A DNA stretch of 64,000 nucleotides from Mobula hypostoma (GCF_963921235.1 NC_086097.1:13764001-13828000), one strand, 5' to 3'. Shown: positions 25,934-38,830, counted from the first letter of the stretch. Numbers and translations: made by a program. The notes: generated from the letters alone by a model not told the origin.

Positions 25934-26013
25934 CAGAGCTTCCCAGCCTTTTTTATGCCATGGAGCCTTATCATTAACCAAGGAGTCTGTAAAAGCTAGG
26001 CTGGGAACCCTTG
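25934..26013. mobile_element. hAT/Charlie-type MITE
   Basis: Same family as 7282; TSD cttcagag / ctgcagag (7/8). Confidence 0.75.
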
Positions 26014-26019
26014 CTGCAG

Positions 26020-26378
26020 AGAGAAGGACGATGAGACATGACTTGAGAGATGATAAGAGACATAGATAGAGTGGATAGCCAGGATCTTTTTCCCAAAGCA
26101 GAAAGAGCTTATACTAGAGGACATAACTTTAAGGTGTTTGGAGGAAAGTTTAGGGGGGTATTAGAGGTAGGTACATAAAGTGCGCTGTCAGGGGTGGTTT
26201 TAGTGATACACACATTAGGGACATTTAAGAGACTTAGATAGGCACATAGATGAAACAAAATTGGAGGGCTATGTGGGAGGCAAGGTTTAGATTCATCTTG
26301 CAGTAGGTTAAAGGGCTGGCACAATATTGTGGGCTAAAGGTTCTGTACTGTGTTGTACTGTTCTATGTTCTCTGTTCT
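26020..26378 (+). mobile_element. CR1 3' end
   Basis: actagaggacataactttaagg (TRGH); (tgttcta)n tail. Confidence 0.8.
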
Positions 26379-27218
26379 AATGTCAGTGATGAACACATGG
26401 GTGGACATCGGAAAAAATAACGGCCAGCTTTAATTCTCACTGTGGGGCACTTGACAATCAGACACACAATGTGAAAACCTTTCTTAAATGTCCTCCTCTC
26501 TCCCGTCTTATTCTTTGTCAACTTAAAGTCTGTTCTGTTCAGTCCTGGGACGACTTCTTTTCTCTTCTTCTGCTCCAGGGCAGTAAAATTTGAAACAAGT
26601 ATTAAGTCAGGAAAATTACCAAGTGCAACCGACAAAAATGTACAAGCTGAAAACCCATAATTTGATGATGGGAATAATAAACACTGCAGACCGTGTTTAT
26701 TACGGGGCTTCGTGCACCGATATCCATTTTGGCACTTGGCCTTGCCCCATACCAGAACACACACTGGCATACAAAAACCCACAACAAATGCATACCTCCT
26801 TTCTCATTATTGCTTAATTACACACCAGCAGATTAAACCTAAGATCAGACAGACAAGGACTGAGTCCCTTTGCCCTTGCAAGCCATTGCCTTTCACATTC
26901 AATTTATCTGCTCCAGACAGTACAACTGCCTTGCTTTTGCCAGGTCTGATGGAGGTAATTCTGGATGGGCAAACATTCCAAACAGTTAAGCATTTAAAAA
27001 AAAAAATCAGTCCTGGAAAGCCCCATTAAGGGAAAACTTTTTCTTCTCTCTAATTGGCCTTAACACTTTGATGCATAAATACACTCATACTTACAGAAAC
27101 AGATCGTTAGTGACAAGTATTCAGACTTGTTTGGTCTTCAGATTTGGGAGGTCCAGGTGGTGATTTTGCTAATCCCTACCCAAGGTTCATAATTTAAAAC
27201 GTGAGAGAACGCTGTTCA

Positions 27219-27415
27219 CACAAACATGAGAAAATCTGCAGATGCTGGAAATCCAAACACACACAAAATGCTGGAGGAACTCAGCAGGCCAGGCAGCATC
27301 TATGGAAAAGAGTAAACAGTCAGGTCTGGTGTAGGGTCTCGGCCTGAACCATCCACTGTTTACTCTTTTCCATAGATGCTGTCTGGCCCACTGAGTTCGT
27401 CCAACATTTTGCATA
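27219..27415. mobile_element. Penelope-derived fold-back element
   Basis: cagcatctatggaaaagagtaaacag ... ctgtttactcttttccatagatgctg is an exact inverted repeat. Confidence 0.9.
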
Positions 27416-28786
27416 TGGAACCCTGCTCTCCATTTGACTGTCAAGATGCAGACCTATGAGTTATCCATGAGAGATTACAACCAAGCACCGTTCCAGAACC
27501 AGAATTCAGACAGATAATACTTTGAATTTCATTTGCAAAGGAGTAGAAGTTTACATGACTTACTTAAACTCCCATAATACAAAACTTCCACACCCCTTCT
27601 CCTACAGCCAAAATGTACTGAACATACATAAATAAAAATAAACAGGTATAAAAAATATATATAAAATATATCATTCAAACATCATAGCCTTAGGTGCAAA
27701 TCCATCAGCAGACCACAGTCTTCAATAGACACACCCATCAGACCACCAAGGAGTCAGCTGAATAACCACTCTTGCGGACCACTAGACCACTAGATAAAAT
27801 GGATGAAACTATTTAAAAGCACCATGAGAAGCACACATCAGGCACAAACTAGCAATGAGAAATGCAAAATATTAATCCATCTACCACTGGAAATCTCTCC
27901 CAGATACGTAACCAACCACCAACATATCACAGAATGAAGTGGTGTCACACTTTCACCCGTAGGAATGTTTGGGTTTTTATATGAGGCAGACCTTCCAAAG
28001 CAGATGTGACACAACTGGTATGGAAGGAGCCAGATTTTGATTCTCTTTAAATATGTTTTGGTAACTGTATGGTGGTCTATATGCATAATGCCATGCCTCA
28101 TCTTTTCAAAGTGTGGTGCAATTGAATCCTGTCTTTTCAAAGAAATATGTTTTGCAATCTATCTACTTCTATATTCACATCATCACATTTCTTCTAAGCT
28201 ACAGTTATTCAACAACAAATTTGAAATAGGACTTAACTCTCCTGTTCTTAACAAGTTTTAACAATACTGTTATTGTTTAAGTTCAACTTATTTTGCTACT
28301 CTTGTTATTGAATGTTATGAAGAGCATAAATTTACCAAAAGCACCATTTATTAATAAACTCCAGAAGCGCTACTTCACAAATCCCAAGAGCAAAATGGGG
28401 TTGGACTGGATTTGCTTGAAGATAGAGCTGAGGCCAAATATCACGTCAGGCATGAATTTTTGTGGAGCTTTGAGGAGGGGGAGTACAGCCAATATTTGTT
28501 CCTGCTTCTTGTATTCTTATTGTATATGACTATTTATTTCTCTGACTGAAATTTGGCCCGGAGTACCTTTGCCAGCACCTCTTAAATTAAGGATTCAATT
28601 ACTGGATTAACATCCATGCCTGGACCATTGATTCAAAGAGGTAAATTCAAATTCTACCAAAGCTTGGGAAGTTAAACAGGAGCAATAACATAAGGCTGGA
28701 TTTGAAGCTAATCTATGTATTAATAATCATGAGCAACACACAAAATGCTGAAAGAACTCATCAGGTCAGGCAGCATCTACTGAGAG

Positions 28787-29553
28787 TGTTGGCCAGACAT
28801 AACGACAATCAGAAAACAGGAATGGAGGCGACCATTTTGTGACACTTTCCTTGCAGCCACCATTTTGTGAACTGCTTGAACTGATTTCTTGTTCTGGGAT
28901 AATTTCATCAGAGCAATGGAATGTTGGCACAAGGAAGTTTTCTGCTAATGACCTGCTAAACCTGAGACCATTCTCAGACAAGTAGCGATATATTACGTAA
29001 AGTAACATGCTTGCAGGAGGAGGCTTGGTGTCCGAGACACCTGGTTTAACTGGTTTGAACCTGACAGAGTTGAGAAAAAACAATAGGGATAAGGCTGAGG
29101 GCAAAGATCATACAGCAAGGTTAGTTGCTGTCCTGGACCAGAGCTAATAAGAATGTGACCCAGGTAGTTGGGTGACATCAAGCAACAGGATGGAAATGCG
29201 ACATTTGAATGGATGAGAAGTGTTTAAAAAAGAAAGGAGATTCACATGCAAGGCAGTGACAACTCTCCAGAGACCCACCATCACAGATGTGCAGATCACC
29301 ATTGATACATGGAGGTTGGAGTGGGACCACACGGATCTCCAGGCCAGCGTAGACTCCTTTTCCGGGTAATAACTTTCCGACTCATTGACTGTTTGTGGAG
29401 AGTTATGGAAGCCTAATGGGAGCGCACACAGGTATTTAGTTTGTGAAACCAAGTATTTTTTAGTTGAGACAACAAAGGCTACTTGTCGGTAAATACAAAT
29501 TTTCTCTCTGTGTCTCTTTGATCATTACTACTAAGGGGTAGGTACTTGTAACA
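28787..29553. mobile_element. Solo LTR (767 bp) inserted in a Penelope-derived element
   Basis: TGTT...AACA termini; 4-bp TSD agag at 28783-28786 and 29554-29557; host element rejoins across it. Confidence 0.8.
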
Positions 29554-29674
29554 AGAGGAATAAACAGTTGATGTTTCATGCCAAAACCTTTTATTAGGAC
29601 CTGATATGGGGTCTAATCTACTTCTATGACTTATAGTCTTATGGTCTTAAACTGTACCCAATGAAAAATAAAAC

Positions 29675-29865
29675 CGGAGATTTAGAGTAACACACACAAA
29701 GTGCTGGAGGAACTCAGCAGGTTAAGCAGCAACCACGGAGGGCAATAAGCAGTTGAAATTTTGGGCCAAGACCTTAAATCAGCACTTGCCGCCTCAGCTG
29801 CTGAGTTCCTCCAGAATTTTGTGTGATGCTCTGGATTTTCAGCTTCTGCAGAATCTCTTGTGTTT
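29675..29865. mobile_element. Penelope-derived fold-back element
   Basis: ctggaggaactcagcag ... ctgctgagttcctccag. Confidence 0.85.
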
Positions 29866-30364
29866 TAACAGTGACCATCAAATGGCCAGATGGCTATAAA
29901 ACCCATTTGTTGCAATCTTGTCCTACACAGAAGTAATTTTCCAACCTTTACATTTAAGTTAAAGTTCAAGTGTCATTCAACCATATCCATGAACACAGCC
30001 AAACAAAACAGCATTCCTCTAGGCACAGGGCCAACAGTCACACACAGCACATACAATTATAATAGTAGGAAAAAAACATATGGTTATAAAAAATAATATT
30101 ATTAAAAATAACAACATAGCTCAAGTCCCTGAGTGCCAGGTCCTGTAGACTGATGGTGCATGGTCATTGTCCAGGAGCTACGATACTCATCCTGATCTAT
30201 GAAAGACATTGGACCCACTGAGGGAGTTAACTCATCAATGGATCTCAGTTCAGAAATAATTAAGGATGGACAATAAATATGGCACTGGCAGTATCTACTA
30301 TTATCTGAAAACAAGGTCTTGGAATTGACTTTCAATGCAAAACCATTTAAAGACCGAAAACGAT

Positions 30365-30685
30365 TCATCATCATCAGGTGCCATGCCCAGTTTGAGCTTT
30401 GACTGCCATGACCCACACATTCCTGTTTCGGGTCAAGTGGATCAATTCATTGGTATTCATTTCCAGTTCTCTGGCTGCTGTATCCATCATCATTTGTCTT
30501 TGCCTTCCTCTTGCTTTCTTCCCTTCAATCTTTCCCATAATTACCGTGCATTCTAACTCCTCTTTCCTAATCACATGTCCAATGAAGTTACGTTGCCTTT
30601 TCATGATCTCATACATTATTTTTCTTTTTGTGTTTGCTCTGTTCATGACATCCCGTTAAATATTCGTTTCATCCATGATATTGAT
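30365..30685 (-). mobile_element. RTE (BovB-like) LINE 3' end
   Basis: ORF 30374..30646 FIGHVIRK...MGKIEGKKARGRQR; (TGA)n tail. Confidence 0.85.
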
Positions 30686-31185
30686 AGACATAATATTCTG
30701 ATGATTTCTAATTCTATTAATCTACCAAATGAGTGAAAATCTGCTAAGCAATGATATCTCTGCTTCCTGGATTTGCTCTACGTGAGAGCATGGTGGATAC
30801 AAAGCGAGAGGATCTTTCAAAAGTAACCTAGAGATTTCTTGTTCAAGATTAATTAGTAAGGGCTGTAGGAGCAGGGAGCCAGAAATGAACAAAAAGAAAT
30901 GTACACCAGTTGGTGTACAAAGGGGTGAATGGCAGCCGGTGAATTACGTGATCATTTGCACAAATCACGAGCAATGCATTCAAATTGTTCCATTATGAGG
31001 AATTGCTGAGAATTTGCAGATCAGAAGCAAGCAGTAAATTTATTAGATTTCTGTTTCTGCCCCAAATGAACTTCCCATCACATTGTAAGTAATCCCATTG
31101 GAATTTCTTCTTGTTCCTTCTCCTCTCGTGAAATTGGCCAGCTTCTCCTCAAATGTAAACACAAAATAAGAGAAGATTTAGATTT

Positions 31186-31630
31186 AAACTGGAGGAGCAA
31201 CACCTCATATACCGTCTAGGTAGTCTCCAGCCCCTTGGTATGAACACAGAATTCTCCAACTTCTGGTAATTCCCTTCCCCTCCCTTCCTCTATCCCTATG
31301 TCACTCTGCCCCCTCCCCCAGCTGCCTACCTCCTCCCTCTTGGTTCCGCCTCCTTCTACTACCCATTGTGTTTTCCCCTATTCTTTCTTCACCTTTCCTG
31401 CCTATCACCTCCCTGCCTCCCTTCCCCCACCCCTTTATCTTTCCCCTTACTGGTTTTTCACCTGGAACCTACCAGCCTTCTCCTTCCCACCCTCCCCCAC
31501 CTTCTTTATAGGGCCTCTGCCCCTTCCCTCTACAGTCCTGACAAAGGGTTCCAGCCCGAAACGTCGACCGATCTTTTCCACGGATGCTGCCCGACCTGCT
31601 GAGTTCCTCCAGTGTGTTGGAGTGTTGCTC
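31186..31630 (+). mobile_element. Penelope-like 3' part with hammerhead motif at 31533-31570
   Basis: KLEEQHLIYRLGSLQPLGMN; cagtc ctgacaa a gggttccagccc gaaac gtc gaccg. Confidence 0.9.
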
Positions 31631-32974
31631 CTCAAATGTATCAGTGCTATCCACTTCAACCAAACCATGTGGCTTTGAATTTCATAATCTCAAGTCTCTG
31701 GTGAAGCAATTTCTCCAGAAATCCTTCTTGGATTTATTAGCAACTCTCTGATATTTATGGTTCCCGGTTTTGGCCTACCAGCAAGTAATAACATTTTTAT
31801 TTAGAGCAGCTTTGAGGTTGGAAAACAAGGAAATTATTTAGGATAACCAAAAATGTTAAAAGATAACCAAAACATTTCAATGAGTCTCCAAATACCTCTC
31901 CAGTGCATGCTCTCTTTTCTTTGCTACCATCAAGAGATGGTACAGGAGCCTGAAGACACATAATGAATGGTTTAGGAACAGTTTCTTCCTCTCTGCTTTC
32001 AGATTTCAAATGGCAATGAACTCATGTACACTACTTAGTTAATTTAACTTAATTTTTTTTCTTATTGTAATTTGTAGTTTTTTATTATGATTAAAAAAAC
32101 AAATGCTGGTGATATTTTGCCTAATTCTGACAAAGTTCATAAGTTTACGACCATTATTTGAATTTCAGATTAGTTGAATGTCAGAAAATTCCTGTCTGGT
32201 TCTGTTGTAACTTTTAGTTTTATTTGAAACATTTGTGGTTTTGACACAGAGGGCATTTGCCAACATCATATTAACCATTGCCATGCCAGGATCATGTTGG
32301 AGGGTGAAATGGGATATGAAGAATAGTTGTGTGCCAGGCAGGGTGTAGATGGAGGGGGCACTTGCTGTATAATCAGTAGAGTCAAACTTCTTTTAAGATC
32401 AGTAAATAATCCTTTCAAAAAATACCCTTTCAAAGAATACCATTAGTTTTTCAAAGTACTACCTTTAGAGAGAAATATTTTTATTAGTATTCTGCAACAT
32501 TCTGGGAGCTCAACAAAAGTATAATTCTCAAGATGCTCGTGCTAGGCAGGCCGATAATCTAATGCCCTCAAAAATTCCATTTTGAAAATTTATGAACTCA
32601 ACAATGGCCCTAAGTTTATACTCAGTAGCGAACCAACAGGGCAAGGCTCCGACCTTTCGAAGTGCTTTAGTGGTTGGAATTCCCTGTTCCTGATGCTGGT
32701 TGCTGACAAACATCAGTTCAAAAGAATCTCAGGCACTGAGTAGCTGCGAGGTCAGTCAGGCGGCTGAAGAGCATGATTGTAGGCAGCAAACCAGTAAAAC
32801 ATTTATACAATTTGTATTAAAAAGATAAAGAAATGAGTACGCTCATAGGATCAGAGGGGAAGATGAAAATTTATAAACTAAACAAACAACAAATTTTTAA
32901 AAATTATATTCTGTAACATTTCACCTGAAGAATTTATGTTGCTCACACATAAGGTTAATAGTCAAAACCCAACA

Positions 32975-33165
32975 AACAATCTGCTAAAGAAACTCGACAG
33001 GCCATGCAGCTTTTGTGGGAAAAAAGTAATTGCCCACGATTTGATCCTGATGCAGGGTTTTAATCTGAGACATTGACAATGGATTTCTTCCCACAGATGC
33101 TGCTTGACCCGCTGAGTTTCTCCAGCAGACTGTTACACTAGATTTTAGCATCTGCATTTTCCCAA
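32975..33165. mobile_element. Penelope-derived fold-back element (older subfamily)
   Basis: tctgctaaagaaactc ... gagtttctccagcaga; cctgatgcaggg at centre. Confidence 0.7.
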
Positions 33166-33346
33166 GTGTCTGGTATTTAAGGCCCACAGAGTTTCCCAAA
33201 CAGTAGTCATGGACCTAACAAGTAAATGTAAAGAAAAAAAATCTGTGGATGTTCGAACATGAACACTCATTTATATTTATTTATTTATTTCATTTAACTA
33301 TTTTATTTAGTTAAAATAGTTAAAAAAAATATATATATATATATAT

Positions 33347-33652
33347 AGGCATGTGGCCAAGTGGTTCAGGCGTTCGACTAGCGATCTGAAGGTCGTGAGT
33401 TCGAGCCCCAGCCGCGGCAGCATGTTGTGTCCTTGAGCAAGGCACTTAATCACACACTACTTTGCGACGACACTGGTGCCAAGCTGTATGGGTCCTAATG
33501 TCCTTCCCTTGGACAACATCAGTGGTGTGGAGAGTGGAGACTTGCAGGATGGGCAACTGCCAATCTTCCATACAACCTTGCCCAGGCCTGCGCTCTGGAG
33601 AGTGAAGACTTTCCAGGCGCAGATCCATGGTCTCGCAAGACTAACGGATGCC
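33347..33652 (+). mobile_element. tRNA-derived SINE with CORE-like box and RTE-like tail, inserted in (TA)n
   Basis: A box tggccaagtgg, B box gagttcgagcc, gtgtccttgagcaaggcacttaatc; (ta)n on both flanks. Confidence 0.85.
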
Positions 33653-33686
33653 TTTATATATATACACGCTCACTGTAATTGTTTTA

Positions 33687-34020
33687 GAAAAACATAGAAA
33701 CATAGAAAACCTACAGGACAATACAGGCCTTTCGGCCCACAAAGCTGTGCTAAAGGTGTTTTTACCTTTGAACTACCTAGTCTTACCCATAGCCCTCTAT
33801 TTTTCTAACCTCCATGTACCTATCCAGGAGTCTCTTAAAAGACCCTATCGTTTCCGCATCCACCACTGCCGCCAGCAGCCCATTCCACGGACTCACCACT
33901 CTCTTACCGTGACATCTCCTCTGTACCTACTTCCAAGCACCTTAAAACTATGTCCTTTTGTGCTAGCCATTTCAGCCCTAGGAAAAAGCCTCTGACTATC
34001 CACACGATCAATGCCTCTCG
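33687..34020 (-). mobile_element. CR1 3' end
   Basis: (aacataga)n tail; reverse complement of 57010-57350-like sequence. Confidence 0.85.
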
Positions 34021-34139
34021 TTATTTTCTATTTTTTTTCTATCATTGTGTATTGCATTGTATTGTTGCTGCAAACACAACAAATTTTACAATATATGCCA
34101 GTGATATTACACCTAATTCCGATTCTGATGTGAATTGAT

Positions 34140-34225
34140 GTGTCTGTCTGTCTGTCTCTAGTGTGTGCGTGGTGGGCGTCTATGCGTGTGTGTGGGTGTC
34201 TAAGTGTGTGTGTGTGTGTGTGTGT

Positions 34226-34268
<43 letters not shown>

Positions 34269-34662
34269 TGTGTGTCTGCTGCGTGTGTGTGTGTGGTGGG
34301 TGTGGGCGTCTAGGTGTGTGTGCGCGTGTGTGTGTGTTTGTGTGTGGTTCGTGTGTGTCTGTTTGTATATGTGTGTGGTGTGTGTGTGGTGCATGTGTGT
34401 TTGTGTGTGGTTCGTGTGTGTCTGTATATGTGTGTGGTGTGTGTGTGTGGTGTGTGTGTGGTGTGTGTGTGGTGTGTGTGTGTGTGTGTGGTGTGTGTGT
34501 GTGGTGTGTGTGTGTGTGGTGTGTGTGTGTGTCTGTGTGGTGTGTGTGTGTCTGCTGCGTGTGTGATGTGCGTCTATGCATGCGTGTGGGCGTCTAGGTG
34601 TGTGTGCGCGTGTGTGTGTGGTGTGTGTGTGTGTGTGTGTTTGTGTGTGGTTCGTGTGTGTC

Positions 34663-34696
<34 letters not shown>

Positions 34697-35090
34697 GTGC
34701 ATGTGTGTTTGTGTGTGGTTCGTGTGTGTCTGTATATGTGTGTGGGTGTGTGCGCGTGTGTGTGTGTTTGTGTGTGGTTCGTGTGTGTCTGTTTGTATAT
34801 GTGTGTGGTGTGTGTGTGGTGCATGTGTGTTTGTGTGTGGTTCGTGTGTGTCTGTATATGTGTGTGGTGTGTGTGTGTGGTGTGTGTGTGGTGTGTGTGT
34901 GGTGTGTGTGTGTGTGTGGTGTGTGTGTGTGGTGTGTGTGTGTGTGGTGTGTGTGTGTGTCTGTGTGGTGTGTGTGTGTCTGCTGCGTGTGTGATGTGCG
35001 TCTATGCATGCGTGTGGGCGTCTAGGTGTGTGTGCGCGTGTGTGTGTGGTGTGTGTGTGTGTGTGTGTTTGTGTGTGGTTCGTGTGTGTC

Positions 35091-35129
<39 letters not shown>

Positions 35130-35179
35130 TGCATGTGTGTTTGTGTGTGGTTCGTGTGTGTCTGTATATGTGTGTGGGT

Positions 35180-35230
<51 letters not shown>

Positions 35231-35240
35231 TATGTGTGTT
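34140..35240. repeat. Complex (TG)n satellite with higher-order structure
   Basis: Marker tctgctgcgtgtgtgatgtgcgtctatgcatgc at 34551 and 34979 (428-bp period). Confidence 0.95.
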
Positions 35241-35639
35241 TAGTGATGTTGACTTGCACTGTGTAATTTAATGTTACCTATTCCCCTCCCTCCTCAGCTC
35301 TACCACCATTTATATTCCTTTTTGGCCACTGGGTTAACATCAAACCCTAAAAATTATTATTGAATCATGTTTACACCCAAGCAAATCTAAGCGTAGAATT
35401 TCCAAATTAAATTTGAATCCAAGATAATTAAGCAGAAAATTAGCTCTGTGTAACTCTATGAAATGCAGACAGCAATGACCTGCATAAAGTTTCTGAAGAA
35501 CTCAGAGGAATGAAATTCAAAAAGGTCCCAACATGTCAGGCCAGCCTTTATCTGGGTTTATTTGCCTTAAAAGCTCATACAATTCTTTTCCTTCCACAGA
35601 TGCTGCTCAACCATCTAAGGTCCTCCAGCAGATTGTTCG

Positions 35640-36385
35640 TTGTAACGCACGCAAAATGCTGGAGGAAGTCTTACAGGCTAGGCAGCATCTATGGGAATGA
35701 ATAAATAGCCAGACATTTAAGGCTGACACTCTTCGTCAGGACTGGAAAGGAAGGGGGAGGAGAATGGGTACTGGTTAGAAGGTGATAGGTGAAGCAAGAG
35801 GGTGGGGAATGGGGACGGATGAAGTCAGAAACTTGGAGGGGATAGGTGGAAAAGGTAAAGGGCTGGAGAAGAAGGAATCTGATAGAAGAGGAGAGTGACT
35901 ATGGAAGAAAAGGAAGGAGGTAGAGCACTCGGGAGATATGATAGGCAGGTGAGGAAAAAAGGGAAGAGGCCAAAGTGATGAATTGAAGAAGAGGAAAGGG
36001 GTGGGGAAAAATACCAGAGGTTGGAGACATCAATGTATATGCCATTAGGTTGGAGGCTATCTGGACAGAATATGAGGTATTGGTCCTACAACCTGAGAGT
36101 GGCTTCCTCATGGCAGATAATAGACCAATATGTCATAATGGGAATGAGGATAGGAATTAAAATGGCTGGCCATTGGAAATTCTGCTTTTTGAGGATGGAA
36201 TGGAGGTGCTTGACAAAGAGGTCCCCCAATCTATGTTGAATCTTCCCAATGTAGAGGAGACCATGGATACAGTAGATATTCCCAGCAGATTCACAGGTGA
36301 AGTGTTGTCCCACCTGGAAGTTACATTTGGGGCCCTGAAAGGGGATGAGGGAGGATGCAAATGGGCAGGTGTAGCAATTCTGCTG
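35640..36385 (-). mobile_element. Penelope-like element with GIY-YIG endonuclease remnant
   Basis: ORF 36086..36460 HFTCESAGNIYCI..LLYIGK..RLGDLFVKHL...EEATLRL, followed by UTR and degenerate hammerhead at about 35705-35745. Confidence 0.9.
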
Positions 36386-36652
36386 CTTGAAGATCCCAAA
36401 TTGCAACATCTGCAGTCTCCTGATTTCTGAGTCTATATTTATGGCCCAGAAACTTACCAAACAATAATTATGGACCCAATATGTGAAAATAAAGAAAAAA
36501 CTGCAGATGTTGGAATGTGAACATTACATAGCTGTTGTCTACCTTGAATGGTTATACCCCTTCTCTGGCTATTTTAAAGACAAGAAAAAAGAAGAAAAAG
36601 AAAGTTCAAAGTTCAAAGATAAATTATAATCAAAGTACATATATATCACCAT

Positions 36653-38165
36653 ATAGAAACATAGAAACATAGAAAATAGGTGCAGGAGTAGGCCATTCGG
36701 CCCTTCGAGCCTGCACCGCCATTTATTATGATCATGGCTGATCATCCAACTCAGAACCCCGCCCCAGCCTTCCCTCCATACCCCCCGACCCCCGTAGCCA
36801 CAAGGGCCATATCTAACTCCCTCTTAAATATAGCCAATGAACTGGCCTCAACAGTTTCCTGTGGCAGAGAGTTCCACAGATTCACCACTCTCTGTGTGAA
36901 GAAGTTTTTCCTAATCTCGGTCCTAAAAGGCTTCCCCTCTATCCTCAAACTGTGACTCCTCGTTCTGGACTTCCCCAACATCGGGAACAATCTTCCTGCA
37001 TCTAGCCTGTCCAATCCCTTTAGGATCTTATACGTTTCAATCAGATGTCCCCTCAATCTTCTAAATTCCAATGAGTACAAGCCCAGTTCATCCAGTCTTT
37101 CTTCATATGAAAGTCCTGCCATCCCAGGAATCAATCTGGTGAACCTTCTTGTACTCCCTCTATGGCAAAGATGTCTTTCCTCAGATTAGGGGACCTAAAC
37201 TGCACACAATACTCCAGGTGTGGTCTCACCAAGGCCTTGTACAACTGCAGTAGTACCTCCCTGCTCCTGTACTCGAATCCTCTCGCTATAAATGCCAGCA
37301 TACCATTCGTCTTTTTCACCGCCTGCTGTACCTGCATGCCCACTTTCAATGACTGGTGTATAATGACACCCAGATCTCGTTGCACCTCCCCTTTTCCTAA
37401 TCGGCCACCATTCAGATAATAATCTGTTTTCCTATTTTTGCCACCAAAGTGGATAACTTCACATTTATCCACATTAAATTGCATCTGCCATGAATTTGCC
37501 CACTCACCCAACCTATCCAAGTCACCCTGCATCCTCTTAGCATCCTCCTCACTGCTAACACTGCCACCCAGCTTCGTGTCATCCGCAAACTTGGAGATGC
37601 TGCATTTAATTCCCTCATCCAAGTCATTAATATATATTGTAAACAACTGGGGTCCCAGCACTGAGCCTTGCGGTACCCCACTAGTCACCGCCTGCCATTC
37701 TGAAAAGGTCCCGTTTATTCCCACTCTTTGCTTCCTGTCTGCTAACCAATTCTCCACCCACACCAATACCTTACCCCCAATACTGTGTGCTTTAAGTTTG
37801 CACACTAATCTCCTGTGTGGGACCTTGTCAAAAGCCTTTTGAAAATCCAAATATACCACATCCACTGGTTCTCCCCTATCCACTCTACCAGTTACATCCT
37901 CAAAAAATTCTATGAGATTCGTCAGACATGATTTTCCTTTCACAAATCCATGCTGACTTTGTCCGATCATTTCACCGCTTTCCAAATGTGCTGTTATCAC
38001 ATCCTTGATAACTGACTCCAGCAGTTTCCCCACCACCGACGTTAGGCTAACCGGTCTATAATTCCCCGGTTTCTCACTCCCGCCTTTTTTAAAAAGTGGG
38101 GTTACATTAGGCACCCTCCAATCCTCAGGAACTAGTCCAGAATCTAACGAGTTTTGAAAAATTAT
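36653..38165 (-). mobile_element. Young 5'-truncated CR1 LINE; RT domain open, one frameshift near 37150
   Basis: ORFs 37131..38192 (NYRPVSLTS, QHGF, YLDFQKAFD, GVPQGSVLGP, FADD) and 36751..37134; (atagaaac)n tail. Confidence 0.97.
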
Positions 38166-38300
38166 AGTACCCTGAGATTTATTTTCTGACATGCATACTC
38201 AATAAATTTATAGAAGATTAACCATAACAAATTATAGTACCCTGAGATTTATTTTCTGATATGCATACTCAATAAATTTATAGAAGATTAACCATAACAG
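38161..38300. repeat. 70-bp tandem duplication
   Basis: 38161-38230 vs 38231-38300 differ at 2 positions. Confidence 0.95.
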
Positions 38301-38830
38301 AATCAATAAATGACCACACCAACTTGGGCATTCAGCCAATGTGTAAAAGACAACAAACTGTCGAAATACAAACAAAAGAAATAATAACAATAATAAATAT
38401 TGAGGAAGTGAGATGAATAGTCCTTGAAAGTGAAAGCATAGGTTGTGGGAAGAACGATGAAATGAAGTTGAATGAAGTTATCCACTTTGGTTCAGGAGTC
38501 TGATGGTTGAGAGGTAATAACTGTTCCTGAACCTGGTGGTATGAATCCTGAGGCCCTTGTATCTTTTTCCTGATGGCAGCAGGGACAAGAGAACATGTCC
38601 CGGTTCGTGAAGATTCTTGATGATGGTGCTGCTTTCCTGCAACAACGTTTTGCGAAGTGCTCAGTGGTGGGAAGGGTTTTACCTGTGGTGGACTGGGTCA
38701 TATCCACTATATTTGTAGGATTTTTTGTTTCAGAGCGTTGGTATTTCTATGCCAGGCCATGATGCAGCTAGTCAATATACTCTCCGCCACACATCTATGG
38801 ACGTTTGTGAAATTTTTAGATGTCAAGGTT
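38166..38830 (-). mobile_element. Rex1/Babar-like LINE 3' end; its tail lies at 36600-36652, on the other side of the CR1
   Basis: Colinear with 13880-14480. Confidence 0.8.

Noticed and set aside
26363..26782. 139-aa minus-strand ORF
   Set aside because: No domain motifs, no clear splice boundaries, ends in a CR1 tail.
30900..30919. Palindrome tgtacacca-gt-tggtgtaca
   Set aside because: 9-bp arms are near chance expectation in 64 kb.
33347..33420. tRNA gene (likewise 19689-19760)
   Set aside because: A/B boxes present but no clean cloverleaf; continues into SINE body and tail.
34163..35271. Long Cys/Val and His/Thr ORFs
   Set aside because: Translation artefacts of the (TG)n satellite.
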